Part shown: one piece after another, positions 27,963-37,769 of the stretch
How positions within the stretch are numbered: position 1 is the stretch's first letter
How the letters are laid out: each line of letters starts with the position of its first letter
Source: Candidatus Multivoradales bacterium
GTDB lineage: Bacteria; Acidobacteriota; Thermoanaerobaculia; Multivoradales; JAHEKO01
Direction of reading: 5' to 3'
Length of the DNA stretch: 64,000 nt
Assembly (NCBI GenBank): GCA_965248055.1
Contig: CBDFIJ010000004.1
Coordinates: 2,880,001-2,944,000, forward strand
The notes under the pieces: generated by a model
The model's input: the letters and a program-made list of their open reading frames with translations, nothing else
Told to the model about the DNA's origin: nothing
Databases searched by the model: none
Made by a program: the position numbers and the translations under genes

Positions 27963-28304
27963 CTAGTCGCCGAAGCTAGCCATCGCCTCGTCTTCGGTGT
28001 CGAAGACTTCAAAAACGGTGATTAGCTGGGTGATCTGCAGGATGTCTTGCACCTTGGCCGGTAGGTTGACTAGCTTCAACTGGCCTCCGCGGTTGGTCAC
28101 CGTGGTGTACGCTGAGACCAGCTCGCCGATTCCCGAGGAATCCATGGTGCTGACTCCGCCCAAGTTGATCAACATCTTGTTGGCACCGGCGTCGAGAGCA
28201 CCGTGAACGGCGTCGCGCAAGGCCACGTCTCCTGCTCCAATCGTCACCTTGCCGCTTACATTGAGGATGGTGAATCCGGCACGTTGTTGTACGTCAATAC
28301 TCAT
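27963..28304 (-). CDS. STAS anti-sigma factor antagonist (RsbV/SpoIIAA-like)
   Basis: MDSSGIGEL phospho-Ser motif; 113 aa. Confidence 0.93.
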   Translation of the reverse strand: MSIDVQQRAGFTILNVSGKVTIGAGDVALRDAVHGALDAGANKMLINLGGVSTMDSSGIGELVSAYTTVTNRGGQLKLVNLPAKVQDILQITQLITVFEVFDTEDEAMASFGD

Positions 28305-28760
28305 TTAAGTTTTCTCCTTGACCTCTCCCACTTCAGAGTCGGCGTCCAGCTTCTTGCGCATGGTAACCAAGGTTCCGTCGGGTTGGAAATCGTAATCAAT
28401 CGAGTCCATACACTGCTTCATGTAGAAAATGCCACGCCCATTGGGGCGCAACAAGTTCTCCGCTTTTCGGGGATCGGGGAGTTTGCCGGGGTCGAAACCG
28501 CCTCCTTGATCTCCGATCTCAATCACCAGCTCGTCGCCTTCGCTGCGAACTGCGACCGATACGCGCTTGTCTTTTTCTTCGCCGTTGCCGTGGATAATGG
28601 CATTCGCCACCGCCTCACGGACAGCGAGTTCCAGCCACTGCTCATCCTCCGAATTCAATCCGAGGCCGGCGATGGTTTCGTCGAGGACAGCCTTAACTAG
28701 GTCAATATTGCCGACCTGACTCTCGATCGATAAAACCACCTCTGGGCAGCGAGCTGACAT
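28305..28760 (-). CDS. Anti-sigma factor Ser kinase (RsbW-like)
   Basis: EAVANAIIHGN, DQGGGFD, GRGIFYM (GHKL motifs). Confidence 0.92.
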   Translation of the reverse strand: MSARCPEVVLSIESQVGNIDLVKAVLDETIAGLGLNSEDEQWLELAVREAVANAIIHGNGEEKDKRVSVAVRSEGDELVIEIGDQGGGFDPGKLPDPRKAENLLRPNGRGIFYMKQCMDSIDYDFQPDGTLVTMRKKLDADSEVGEVKEKT

Positions 28761-28781
28761 CGGCGCAAGTTTACACGTAAG

Positions 28782-29579
28782 TCAGGCGCCGCTGAACTGG
28801 GTGGCAAGCGGCAAGATGATCAGCAGTTGGATGGCGTCGAATCCGGCGTGGGCGGCTGCTGCCGCCCAGATACTTTGCCTATGGCGAACGAAGAGGGCGA
28901 AGATCAGGGACAGTACGGTGACTCCGACCAGCATCATTGGTTGTCCGTAGCTGGCGTGAGCCAGAACGAACAAGCCGGTAGACAGACCGATACCCACGCG
29001 GGGTTGCAGAAATCCGCGGAAAAAAAGTTCCTCAAAAAAGCCCGCTGACATCGCCAGGCCCAGTCGCGCTAGCCACGGCATTGCCGCCAGCAGCAACACC
29101 AGTTGCGGTGGACCGGTGGGCACCACCTGATCCATACCGCTCGCGGTCAATAGACCGACGGCTAGCGCCATGGCTGCAATGGCTACCAGCCACGCGAGGC
29201 AAGCGCCGAGGCCCCCGAGTGCCATCTCAAAAGACACTTTGGGTTCGCCGAGGCCGAATTGACGGTGAAAGCTAGCGCTGGAGTGAGGGATTTGGGCGTA
29301 GCCAAGTGCCCACCAAATAACCAAGACAATCAACAACACTGCGTGCATCTGGAACAAAGAAGGGATCGAAAGCTGCTCGGGAAGTTCGGGGGGTTCGGCC
29401 AGAGCAAACGAACCGAACATGCCAATCCAGAAAAGCAGTGCGAGCATTCCACCGCCGAGCCAGCGACGCCAGGGTTGGTCTGTAAATCGAGGCGCAAGCC
29501 AGCCGCGACGAGCCATAACTTGGTCGACGATCAGTGCTGTCAAACCCGCCGCCACCATAGTCAATATTATTCGTTGCAT
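28782..29579 (-). CDS. CPBP (CAAX/Abi) intramembrane metalloprotease
   Basis: EELFFRG, FVLAH, HAGFD; multiple TM segments. Confidence 0.9.
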   Translation of the reverse strand: MQRIILTMVAAGLTALIVDQVMARRGWLAPRFTDQPWRRWLGGGMLALLFWIGMFGSFALAEPPELPEQLSIPSLFQMHAVLLIVLVIWWALGYAQIPHSSASFHRQFGLGEPKVSFEMALGGLGACLAWLVAIAAMALAVGLLTASGMDQVVPTGPPQLVLLLAAMPWLARLGLAMSAGFFEELFFRGFLQPRVGIGLSTGLFVLAHASYGQPMMLVGVTVLSLIFALFVRHRQSIWAAAAAHAGFDAIQLLIILPLATQFSGA

Positions 29580-29716
29580 AAATCTCCAGATATCCCGCTT
29601 TTCACACGGCTCGTCGGATTGTATGATCCCTGGACCGGTTGCGTTGTGGATCGGGTCTGCGGGGTTCGATGGAAAACTCGTTATACCGAGATCCCGTGAT
29701 CTTGAGGAGGATGAAC

Positions 29717-30373
29717 ATGATGAACTTAAGAAAACTCACAAACTCGGCTCTGATCGTGGTGGTGGGGCTGATCGCTGCCCCGGTGTTGGCTCAGACCGAT
29801 GACCAAGCGCCGGTTGACGGCAATGGAATCGAGTGGCGGGCCGGGCTGCGTTTGGGTAGCCATGACTTCACCGAGGCCGAGCAGAGCGTAAACGCCGTGT
29901 TTGGCGGCGATTCGGCTTCGCTCTTGGGTGTCCAACTCGAGGCGCAGTTCAACATGGGTCTTTTTGTCGGACTCTCCTACGAGACCGGTGATGTTTCGGG
30001 AAAGCGTGTGGTGCTGATTCCGAATCGACCTCCGATCCAGACCAACATCGATGAAGAGTTGGAGATCAAACCGTTTCGAGTCACCGCAGGTTGGATGTTT
30101 CGCAAGGATGAGTCTTGGGCTCCGGTGGTTGGCGCCGGCTTGACTTCTTTGAGTTGGTCTGAGGACGGCGGCGGTGAGTCCGTCAGTGGCAGCGACACCG
30201 GTTATCATCTGATGGGTGGTATTCGTTACCAACGCGAGCGTTTTTCGATTGGTGGCGAAGTCGAAATTTCGTCGGCGTCGGGTTCGGTGGGTGAGGGTGG
30301 TGTCACGCAGTTCTTTGGCGAAGATGACCTGGGTGGAACGGCGTTTCACTTGGTAGCCCTTTTTCACTTCTAG
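29717..30373 (+). CDS. Outer-membrane beta-barrel protein
   Basis: GAGGAGG RBS, signal peptide, alternating beta strands, C-terminal FHF. Confidence 0.75.
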   Translation: MMNLRKLTNSALIVVVGLIAAPVLAQTDDQAPVDGNGIEWRAGLRLGSHDFTEAEQSVNAVFGGDSASLLGVQLEAQFNMGLFVGLSYETGDVSGKRVVLIPNRPPIQTNIDEELEIKPFRVTAGWMFRKDESWAPVVGAGLTSLSWSEDGGGESVSGSDTGYHLMGGIRYQRERFSIGGEVEISSASGSVGEGGVTQFFGEDDLGGTAFHLVALFHF

Positions 30374-30438
30374 GCAACCAGCGCGATATTTTCGCGCAAG
30401 ACAACTCGCGCGGTACTTCGCGCAACAGGAGCAAATTG

Positions 30439-31623
30439 ATGAGCCGCTCTTTGGGTGTGGACTTCCTATCCATTGAACCTCTTCTGAGCGAAGAGGAACG
30501 CTTGGTCGCGGAAACGGTGCGCGAGTGGGTTGACGATCGGGTGCGTCCGATTATCGAAGAGTGCCACCAGCAGGCACGATTCCCGAAAGAATTGATCCCG
30601 GAGATGGCTGAGCTCAATCTGTTTGGCTCGACCATCGATGAGTACGGACTGCCAGGTTTAAATAACGTTGCTTATGGGCTGACGATGCAAGAACTTGAGC
30701 GGGGGGATTCCGGGATCAGAAGTTTTGCCTCGGTGCAAAGCGCCCTGGTGATGTATCCGATCTACGCGTTTGGCTCGCAGGAGCAAAAAGACAAATGGAT
30801 TCCGGCGCTGGGACGTGGCAAGGCCATCGGTTGTTTCGGTCTCACCGAACCAGATTTTGGTTCTAACCCCGGAGGAATGCGGACCACCGCGGTCCGCGAC
30901 GGTAACGAGTGGGTGCTGAATGGCGCCAAGCAATGGATCACCAACGGTTCGATCGCCGACGTTGCGGTGGTCTGGGCTCAGACCGACGACGGAGTTCGCG
31001 GGTTCATCGTCGAGGCCGGGACCCCAGGCTTCACGGCTCCGGAACAGCATGGCAAGTTCTCGCTGCGCGCTTCGGTGACCTCGGAACTCGGGTTTCAAGA
31101 CTGTCGGATTCCCGCCGACAACCTACTGGCCAAGACGAAAGGCGTGAAGAGTGCTTTGGTGTGCTTGACTCAGGCTCGTTACGGCATCGCTTGGGGTGGC
31201 TTGGGCGCGGCGATCGACTGCTACCAAACTGCGCTCGACTATTCCAAGCAGCGGATTCAATTTGCCGGCCAACCGATTGCCAGTCATCAGTTGGTGCAAG
31301 AAAAGTTAGTGTGGATGCTCTCCGAAATCACCAAGGGACAGTTGGTGGCGTTGCAAATGGGGCGGCTCAAGGATCAGGGCAAACTCAAGCACTTTCAAGT
31401 GTCTTTCGGCAAACGCAACAACGTGTGGGTGGCGCGTGAAAGTGCCAAGCTCGCTCGCGACATTCTGGGTGCCAACGGTATTGTTGATGACTACCCGGTG
31501 ATTCGCCACATGCTCAATATCGAGTCGGTATTCACTTACGAAGGCACCCACGATATTCACGGCCTGATCATTGGCGCTGAGATCACCGGCATCCCATCGT
31601 TTAACCCGCCGATCAAGGACTGA
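30439..31623 (+). CDS. gcdH: Glutaryl-CoA dehydrogenase-like acyl-CoA dehydrogenase
   Basis: ELERGDSG, GCFGLTEPDFGSNP, TYEGTHDIH. Confidence 0.88.
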   Translation: MSRSLGVDFLSIEPLLSEEERLVAETVREWVDDRVRPIIEECHQQARFPKELIPEMAELNLFGSTIDEYGLPGLNNVAYGLTMQELERGDSGIRSFASVQSALVMYPIYAFGSQEQKDKWIPALGRGKAIGCFGLTEPDFGSNPGGMRTTAVRDGNEWVLNGAKQWITNGSIADVAVVWAQTDDGVRGFIVEAGTPGFTAPEQHGKFSLRASVTSELGFQDCRIPADNLLAKTKGVKSALVCLTQARYGIAWGGLGAAIDCYQTALDYSKQRIQFAGQPIASHQLVQEKLVWMLSEITKGQLVALQMGRLKDQGKLKHFQVSFGKRNNVWVARESAKLARDILGANGIVDDYPVIRHMLNIESVFTYEGTHDIHGLIIGAEITGIPSFNPPIKD

Positions 31624-31624
31624 C

Positions 31625-32593
31625 GTGGCGTTTCCCACTGAAGATCTGATTGAAGTCGTCGAGTTAGCGGCGATCGCGGCGGCTGATTGGATCGGCCTGG
31701 GTGACGGCGAGGCAGCGGACCATGTGGCCGTCGAGGCGATGCGCACAAGGTTAGGCGCCTGTGACATCCGCGGCCGGGTGGTGATCGGGGAAGGTGAGCG
31801 CGATCAAGCACCGATGTTGTTCGTCGGCGAAGAGTTCGGTTCCGGTGATGCTAACGCTCGTACGGTTGACATTGCGGTCGACCCACTGGAGGGCACCAAC
31901 CTGTGCGCCTATGACCAGCCGGGAGCCACGGCGGTACTGGCGGCCTCGGAGCGCGGCGGCCTGCTGCACGCTCCCGACATCTACATGGAGAAGCTGATCG
32001 TTGGTGCTGAGGCCAAGGATGTGGTCGATCTGGATGCTCCGACTGCCGAAAACATCGCCGCGATCGCCAAGGCGCATCAAGTGTCGGTGCGAGAGATGAC
32101 GGTGGTGGTGCTGGAGCGCGAGCGGCACTTGCAGTTAATTGCTGATCTTCGAGCGACCGGAGTCAGGGTACAGTTGATCGGCGACGGTGACCTGTCTGCG
32201 GGGCTTTCGGTAGCGGTACCTGGAACTGGCGTTTTCGCGGTATTTGGCACTGGCGGCGCTCCTGAGGGAGTGCTCACCGCCGCAGCCATGCGCTGTCTGG
32301 GCGGAGAAATACTCGGCCGGTTGACGCCGCTCAATGCGGGGCAAGAGGAGAGAATTCGCGAACTTGGCCTGGAGTCCGAACGCGGACGGGTCTACACCAG
32401 TCGTGAACTCGCCTCCGGCGACGAGGTTGGGTTCTTTTGCGCCGGAGTCACCGACGGACCCGTGGTGCGCGGGGTACGAACTGCCGGCGAGGGACATCGA
32501 GTCCACACGCTGGTGATGAATTCTGCGGTTGATCGCCTACGATTCGTCGATTCGATCCATCCGTTCTCGGCCTACGACGACACCGTTTGGTAG
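31625..32593 (+). CDS. glpX: Class II fructose-1,6-bisphosphatase
   Basis: VVIGEGERDQAPML, DIAVDPLEGT, APDIYMEK, DGD, GGAPEGV; GTG start immediately after the gcdH stop. Confidence 0.93.
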   Translation: MAFPTEDLIEVVELAAIAAADWIGLGDGEAADHVAVEAMRTRLGACDIRGRVVIGEGERDQAPMLFVGEEFGSGDANARTVDIAVDPLEGTNLCAYDQPGATAVLAASERGGLLHAPDIYMEKLIVGAEAKDVVDLDAPTAENIAAIAKAHQVSVREMTVVVLERERHLQLIADLRATGVRVQLIGDGDLSAGLSVAVPGTGVFAVFGTGGAPEGVLTAAAMRCLGGEILGRLTPLNAGQEERIRELGLESERGRVYTSRELASGDEVGFFCAGVTDGPVVRGVRTAGEGHRVHTLVMNSAVDRLRFVDSIHPFSAYDDTVW

Positions 32594-32675
32594 CCCTCGA
32601 AATCGATTGTTGGCACTCATGAATAGTCACTCAATCTCTCCTTCGAAGAACCGAAATCCCCGTTAGTATCGCCGC

Positions 32676-33164
32676 ATGATTAAACCCGACCGCTGGATCC
32701 GCAAATGGGGCGAGGATGGCGGCAGTGACCCATTTACCCCGGATCAAGTCAACGCCGCCAGCTACGACGTGCGGGTTGGCGACCATTGGATTTGCCCCAC
32801 CCGCGATCCGGCCGAGTTCACCAGTGAAGCGGTCAAGCTGTTTCCTGGCGAGGTGGTGCTAGCCTCGACCATGGAGTACGTCAAAATTCCGCGCAACGTC
32901 GCCTGCGATCTCAAGCTCAAATCGACTCTGGGCCGACTGTGGATCAACCATTCCCTGGCTGGCTGGTGTGACCCCGGCTTCCGAGGTCAGATCACCTTGG
33001 AATTGCAAAACCTCGGACCGGTCCCCTTTGTCCTCGACGCCGGACGCCGGATCGCCCAGTTGATCTTCATCGCTATGGAAGAGGAGCCCGAAATCGCCTA
33101 TGGCGAAGAGGGTGCTGGCAGCCACTATCAGGGGCAGACCGGGACCACGAAGGCGAGAGGATGA
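32676..33164 (+). CDS. dcd: dCTP deaminase (short form)
   Basis: NAASYDVR, KSTLGR, AGWCDPGFRGQITLEL, YQGQ. Confidence 0.88.
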   Translation: MIKPDRWIRKWGEDGGSDPFTPDQVNAASYDVRVGDHWICPTRDPAEFTSEAVKLFPGEVVLASTMEYVKIPRNVACDLKLKSTLGRLWINHSLAGWCDPGFRGQITLELQNLGPVPFVLDAGRRIAQLIFIAMEEEPEIAYGEEGAGSHYQGQTGTTKARG

Positions 33165-33739
33165 CGATGAATGACGTCACTGCGCCAGATTTGGCAAACA
33201 ACACAGGTTCCAGTAAGAAGCGTGGCTGGGGCAAGCGAGTGGCATTCGGCTGCGTAGGGTGTTTCACTTTGATCCTTCTCGCCGTGGGAAGTTGTGCTGG
33301 ATTTATCGCACTCAAGAAGGGCAAGTACGACCCGATCGCTATTCCTTACATCGAGGAAGCGCTGCCTGACCTCACGACCTGGGAACCACTCAGGTTCGAA
33401 CAACATTTTGCTCGGGAGGTTCTGGAGGGCACCGGGCACGACAAGATCGCTCGCATGTTTAATTGGTATTCCATTTTGGGGCCTCTACAATCGTTTGACA
33501 AGCCCGAGTTTCGTCGGATCTCCAAGACGCTGGGCGTACCCTATCCCTCGGTTCTTACGTACTCTGTCGAGGCGCAATTTGAACGGGGACCGGCGCTAAT
33601 TACCTTTAACCTAGTTCCGGTGGCTGAGGGGGAGTTCAGAGTTTGGGGAGTATCCATCAACTCAGATGCGCTGATTCCCGATGGAAGCGTTCCCCCAAGC
33701 CCACTGCAGAAAAACTCGGTGGAAAACCCGAGCGTCTAA
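33161..33739 (+). CDS. Hypothetical membrane-anchored protein (DUF3887/DUF4019-like)
   Basis: N-terminal GC-rich peptide TM segment (GCVGCF..GSC), LGPLQS..AQFERG pattern; overlaps the dcd stop. Confidence 0.6.
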   Translation: MTMNDVTAPDLANNTGSSKKRGWGKRVAFGCVGCFTLILLAVGSCAGFIALKKGKYDPIAIPYIEEALPDLTTWEPLRFEQHFAREVLEGTGHDKIARMFNWYSILGPLQSFDKPEFRRISKTLGVPYPSVLTYSVEAQFERGPALITFNLVPVAEGEFRVWGVSINSDALIPDGSVPPSPLQKNSVENPSV

Positions 33740-33760
33740 CTCACATCAATAGGAGCAAGG

Positions 33761-34216
33761 ATGTCTGAACATCGAGCCATGGTTTCTTGGAGTCGCGAAT
33801 CCGACGACTTCGACTTCGAAACCTACACCCGCAATCACACCTGGTATTTCACCGAGGGTCTGCAAGTACCCGCTTCAGCAGCGCCCGAATTCAAGGGTGC
33901 GCCGGGATCGGTTGATCCCGAAGAAGCCTTGGTTGCAGCCTTGTCGAGCTGCCACATGCTCACCTTTCTGGCGATCGCCGCCAAGAAGAAGCTGCCGGTG
34001 GCGCGCTACGATGACTCGGCCGTCGGCCACCTGGAAAAAAACCTGGACGGCAAGTTGGCATTGACCCGAGTGACCTTACGGCCCACCGTGGTTTTTGAGG
34101 CGAGCGTCGAGATCTCTGCCGAGGAGCTGGAACGGTTGCATGAATCCGCGCATCGAAATTGTTTTATTGCCAACTCTGTCCGTACTCAGGTGACCATTGA
34201 ATCCCCACAAAGCTAG
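33761..34216 (+). CDS. OsmC/Ohr family protein
   Basis: DPEEALVAALSSCHMLTFL and HRNCFIANSV (two Cys); AGGAG RBS. Confidence 0.92.
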   Translation: MSEHRAMVSWSRESDDFDFETYTRNHTWYFTEGLQVPASAAPEFKGAPGSVDPEEALVAALSSCHMLTFLAIAAKKKLPVARYDDSAVGHLEKNLDGKLALTRVTLRPTVVFEASVEISAEELERLHESAHRNCFIANSVRTQVTIESPQS

Positions 34217-34272
34217 TTGGCCCGGAGAGTCAGATTTTGGCAGTGTGCGGGTGAGTTGGCTGGAGTAGCTGG

Positions 34273-34902
34273 TTGTCGCCGGACCTGCCGGATTACTCGA
34301 ACTATTCCCAATCGGAGCTTCGCGAGGCTCGGCGAACGATCGATGCTGTTCAATATCCAGTGCGGTTGGCAGCCATCGAAGCGGAGATTGAATCGCGACC
34401 GCCGCTCGCGCTGACGACCGCACCCGATCGCAGAAACACTACAGTGGTAATCGGGGTGCTGAGTTGGGTGACTTTGGTGGTGGTTATGAGCTTGGTCGGC
34501 GCCCTGATTCTCGACGGATCTCCGCTGATACTTGTTGAGTCGGCTACACCTGGGAGTGACTGGTTTTTCTCCACCTGGATCCACGCATCCCTCGCTTTTG
34601 TCGGTGGCGTAGGCCTTATATTGATGTGGAGGGGATCCAAGTTGGGGCCAGTTGTGTTGCTTATCTTCTGGGCGGCAGCGGTGTTTCGGGTGCAACTCGG
34701 AGAATGGGGATGGTGGCCCAGCACTTTGGCATTGAACTTGGACTTTGGTTTTTCAGGGAGTCGGTTCACGTTTCGCATCTTGGTTGCCCCAGGTTTCATG
34801 GCGTTGATGGCTGCAGAAGTAGTGCGACGGGTCTACGAACTGGGGCATGCATTGCGGCTCAAGGATTCCCTGCCGCGCTCTCTGGCCAGTAGAGAACTGT
34901 AA
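34273..34902 (+). CDS. Hypothetical membrane protein with N-terminal PDYSxYSxxEL..ID..YP.R helical module
   Basis: 209-aa ORF, about four TM segments, GGAG upstream of a TTG start. Confidence 0.6.
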   Translation: MSPDLPDYSNYSQSELREARRTIDAVQYPVRLAAIEAEIESRPPLALTTAPDRRNTTVVIGVLSWVTLVVVMSLVGALILDGSPLILVESATPGSDWFFSTWIHASLAFVGGVGLILMWRGSKLGPVVLLIFWAAAVFRVQLGEWGWWPSTLALNLDFGFSGSRFTFRILVAPGFMALMAAEVVRRVYELGHALRLKDSLPRSLASREL

Positions 34903-34979
34903 TTCTCAAGAACCATTTTCGAAGCCATTTTCGATCGATATTTGCGGTCTGCTCCCCTATGACCAATTAGAATCTCGGG

Positions 34980-35384
34980 ATGCGATTCAAATCCGCCATC
35001 GACATCTGGCTGTGGGCCATCGTTGTGCTGGAAATATTCTTGGGGATGGTGATGCTGTCGGTCACCTCCTACCTCCCTTGGCGCCAACTGGGGTTGCTGG
35101 CCTTAGCGTTTCTCCCAGCGATTGTGATTCCAGTTTGGTTGTTCACTTCCACTTACTATGAAGTCCAAAGTGAGGTCTTGCGCATCAAGTGCGGGCCGTT
35201 TTCGTGGCGAATTCCGCTCGATCAAATCCGCTCGGTAAAAAAGAGTCCGTCGCTGTTGTCCGGCCCGGCTCTCTCTCTGCAGCGACTGAAGATTCTCTAC
35301 AACGACAACAAATCAATCGTGGTGTCGCCGAAGGATCAAGAGAGGTTTCTGGCTGCCATTGGGAAGGATCTTGCGGGCAATTAG
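34980..35384 (+). CDS. Bacterial PH-domain membrane protein
   Basis: F.S.ID.W, two TM segments, LRIKCGPF, SGPALSLQRL, VSPKD. Confidence 0.85.
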   Translation: MRFKSAIDIWLWAIVVLEIFLGMVMLSVTSYLPWRQLGLLALAFLPAIVIPVWLFTSTYYEVQSEVLRIKCGPFSWRIPLDQIRSVKKSPSLLSGPALSLQRLKILYNDNKSIVVSPKDQERFLAAIGKDLAGN

Positions 35385-36330
35385 ACGGTGGTTTGAAACG
35401 TTGGCTGCGCTGGCGATCTTGGCTGTCGGAGGTGCGACGGCACAGGACGCGAAACCGGTCACACCGGCCCCATACGTCGTTGTTCTAGGTGTCGCTCAAG
35501 ACGGGGCTGTTCCCCAAGCGGGAACCAAGGACCATTCGGGTTGGCTTGATCAGCAGCATCGGCGCTTTGTCGTCAGTCTCGGGTTGGTTGATCCCGCAAC
35601 CAATCAGCGATGGCTGTTCGAAGCAACCCCGGATTTCCCGGAACAGTTACACCATCTGGATCAACTTGTGCCGGTGGAAGGTCGCCCAGGCCTGGATGGC
35701 ATCTTCCTAACCCATGCACATATGGGGCATTACACCGGTCTGATGTACCTCGGCCACGAAGTGATGGGAGCGGAGGGCGTGCCGGTGTATGCCATGCCGC
35801 AGATGCAGGACTTCTTGACCACCAACGGGCCGTGGAGCCAGTTGGTAAAATACAACAACATCGCATTGCGCTCCTTGAAAGACGGTGTCGCAGTGACGCT
35901 AAATGAACGCCTCCAAGTCACCCCGTTTCTGGTTCCGCACCGGCAGGAGTTCTCGGAAGTGGTTGGCTACCGGATTGACGGTCCCGAGAAGTCCGTGCTG
36001 TTTATTCCCGACATAGACAGTTGGCAACAGTTCGATGAGATGGGAACGCGGATTGAAGACCTGATCGCGTCGGTCGACATCGCCTACCTGGACGCCACTT
36101 TCTACGATGGCAATGAACTCCCTGGTCGCGATATGTCCGGCTTTCCCCATCCGTTTATCGTTCGCAGTATGGAACGGTTTGCCGATCTGCCGACGGAGGA
36201 AAAGGCGAAGGTGCGGTTTATTCACTTCAACCACAGCAATCCTGTGTTGTGGAACGCTTCTGTCGCTGCTGAGACTGTTCGACAGCAGGGTTTTGCCCTG
36301 GCAAGGGCGCGGGACTTGTCGCCATTGTGA
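35359..36330 (+). CDS. MBL-fold hydrolase, PqqB-like
   Basis: LGVAQDGAVPQ, THAHMGH, VPHR, FIPDID, HFNHSN; signal-like N-terminus; start uncertain. Confidence 0.85.
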   Translation: MGRILRAIRRWFETLAALAILAVGGATAQDAKPVTPAPYVVVLGVAQDGAVPQAGTKDHSGWLDQQHRRFVVSLGLVDPATNQRWLFEATPDFPEQLHHLDQLVPVEGRPGLDGIFLTHAHMGHYTGLMYLGHEVMGAEGVPVYAMPQMQDFLTTNGPWSQLVKYNNIALRSLKDGVAVTLNERLQVTPFLVPHRQEFSEVVGYRIDGPEKSVLFIPDIDSWQQFDEMGTRIEDLIASVDIAYLDATFYDGNELPGRDMSGFPHPFIVRSMERFADLPTEEKAKVRFIHFNHSNPVLWNASVAAETVRQQGFALARARDLSPL

Positions 36331-36866
36331 TCATTGGAAGGAGTTGCCTGGGGAAAAGGAAGGTTTTCCAAGTTCTCATTGCGCTCGTGGGCGGATTCCT
36401 CACTCTCACAGCGTGTACACCGGCGGTCGTGGTCGGGGCGAGTGTTGCCGCCGGCGTTGTTATTTCCCAGGCTGACCCCTCAGACCGATTGAGTGAATGT
36501 CTGTGGTCCACTTCCCAAGAGTTGGGAGGGCCGTTGGGTCGCTCGATTCAGGGCGACTGCAATCTGAAAGTCAAGAAATCGGCGCTGGTCGTGCTACTTC
36601 CGGATATGGCGATCGACGACACCTCGCTCTTGGCCTTGGGAATATCAGTGGAGGAACTGAGAACCGTGCGAGAGATGGAGCGATATAGCGGTCGTCCTGG
36701 AATGGTCATTATCGACGAACGCAAGAAACGGCATCCGTCGTACAGCGCCCTCACCTTCACAGTAGTCCCCAATGTTTTGGTCTGTAGGCCACAGGATGGC
36801 TATGTCCGGTACGTGATCGACTCGAGTGCCGGTCACCCGACTGTCGTTTCGCTTGGGTGTGAATAG
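36327..36866 (+). CDS. Lipoprotein of unknown family, paralog A
   Basis: Lipobox LTAC; shares a Cys/motif pattern with 37206-37739 and 39309-39803. Confidence 0.7.
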   Translation: MIIGRSCLGKRKVFQVLIALVGGFLTLTACTPAVVVGASVAAGVVISQADPSDRLSECLWSTSQELGGPLGRSIQGDCNLKVKKSALVVLLPDMAIDDTSLLALGISVEELRTVREMERYSGRPGMVIIDERKKRHPSYSALTFTVVPNVLVCRPQDGYVRYVIDSSAGHPTVVSLGCE

Positions 36867-36883
36867 TTCAAGAGGAGAAACTT

Positions 36884-37177
36884 GTGTTGGCGAAAACTTT
36901 CACGGTCATCATTGTTTCGGTGTTTGCCCTGACAGAAAAGTTGACCGCGGGTTCAGAGCAACTCACCGCCACATTTATCGGCAATGAAGCCTTCAAGATC
37001 ACCGACCGGGAGGTAACCTTGTTCACCGATTTCCCCTACCAATCGGGCGCCTACGGTTACATGGAGTACGACGAGGCGCTGGTCAAACGGACTCCAAATT
37101 CATACTGCCTATTCAGCCACGGTCACCGGGATCACTTCGCTGCTGAGCTGGTTGGCCAAGTGGGGTGCTGTTGTTGA
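36884..37177 (+). pseudogene. Truncated MBL-fold hydrolase (N-terminal third)
   Basis: GAGGAG RBS, signal peptide, TFIGNEAF..TDFPY, HGHRDH motif, then a stop at 97 aa; no continuation seen. Confidence 0.65.
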
Positions 37178-37205
37178 TAGATTGAGAGATCCAGGAGTAA
37201 CGACT

Positions 37206-37739
37206 ATGACGCAGAAGCACTCGAAGCCGGGGTCGAACAGAGGTGTCGTGATGTTTATCTTGGTGGCCTTGCTAACAACGGGATGCAGCACCAGGTCGGC
37301 CGTCGCACTTGGGGCAGCGGTCATTACGTCTTGGCCAGATGCCAGTGACAAACTGGGCGGATGCCTCCTGAAGGGTGCTGGCGATCTTGAGCGATCCGCA
37401 GATAGCGAGAGAGTATTGTCGTGTCCAATGCCGAACGCAGATGGCGGTTTGATTGTGCTCTTTCCAACCGCACCTACCTCGACCAGTCAACTGGAAGCGC
37501 TCGGGGTCACGCGGCGCGAGATCGACGCGGTTAACTCACTTCAGTTTGATATCGGGCCGTACCAACGGATCAACTTCGTACCCAACGACCCAAAAACACG
37601 CCCTCAGAGAACCTCGCTTCGATATCAATGGTTGGATGTTAAGGATCTATGGGTGTGCCGCCCCGCGTCCGGACCGATCGAGTTCGCGCTCAGCAAGAGT
37701 GGTTCCAAAGTTATGGTGTCTGGCCGGACCTGTTCGTGA
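37206..37739 (+). CDS. Lipoprotein of unknown family, paralog B
   Basis: AGGAG RBS, lipobox TTGC, shared Cys pattern. Confidence 0.72.
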   Translation: MTQKHSKPGSNRGVVMFILVALLTTGCSTRSAVALGAAVITSWPDASDKLGGCLLKGAGDLERSADSERVLSCPMPNADGGLIVLFPTAPTSTSQLEALGVTRREIDAVNSLQFDIGPYQRINFVPNDPKTRPQRTSLRYQWLDVKDLWVCRPASGPIEFALSKSGSKVMVSGRTCS

Positions 37740-37769
37740 CAGCGAGTGATAGCTGCCGCTAACAAAGAG

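Noticed and set aside
33733-33760. Integron attC site (GTCTAAC at the gene end)
   Set aside because: No matching GTTRRRY arm or palindrome; the gap is only 21 bp; no integrase in the window
35359-36330. PQQ biosynthesis locus
   Set aside because: Stand-alone PqqB-like hydrolase; no pqqA, C, D or E nearby
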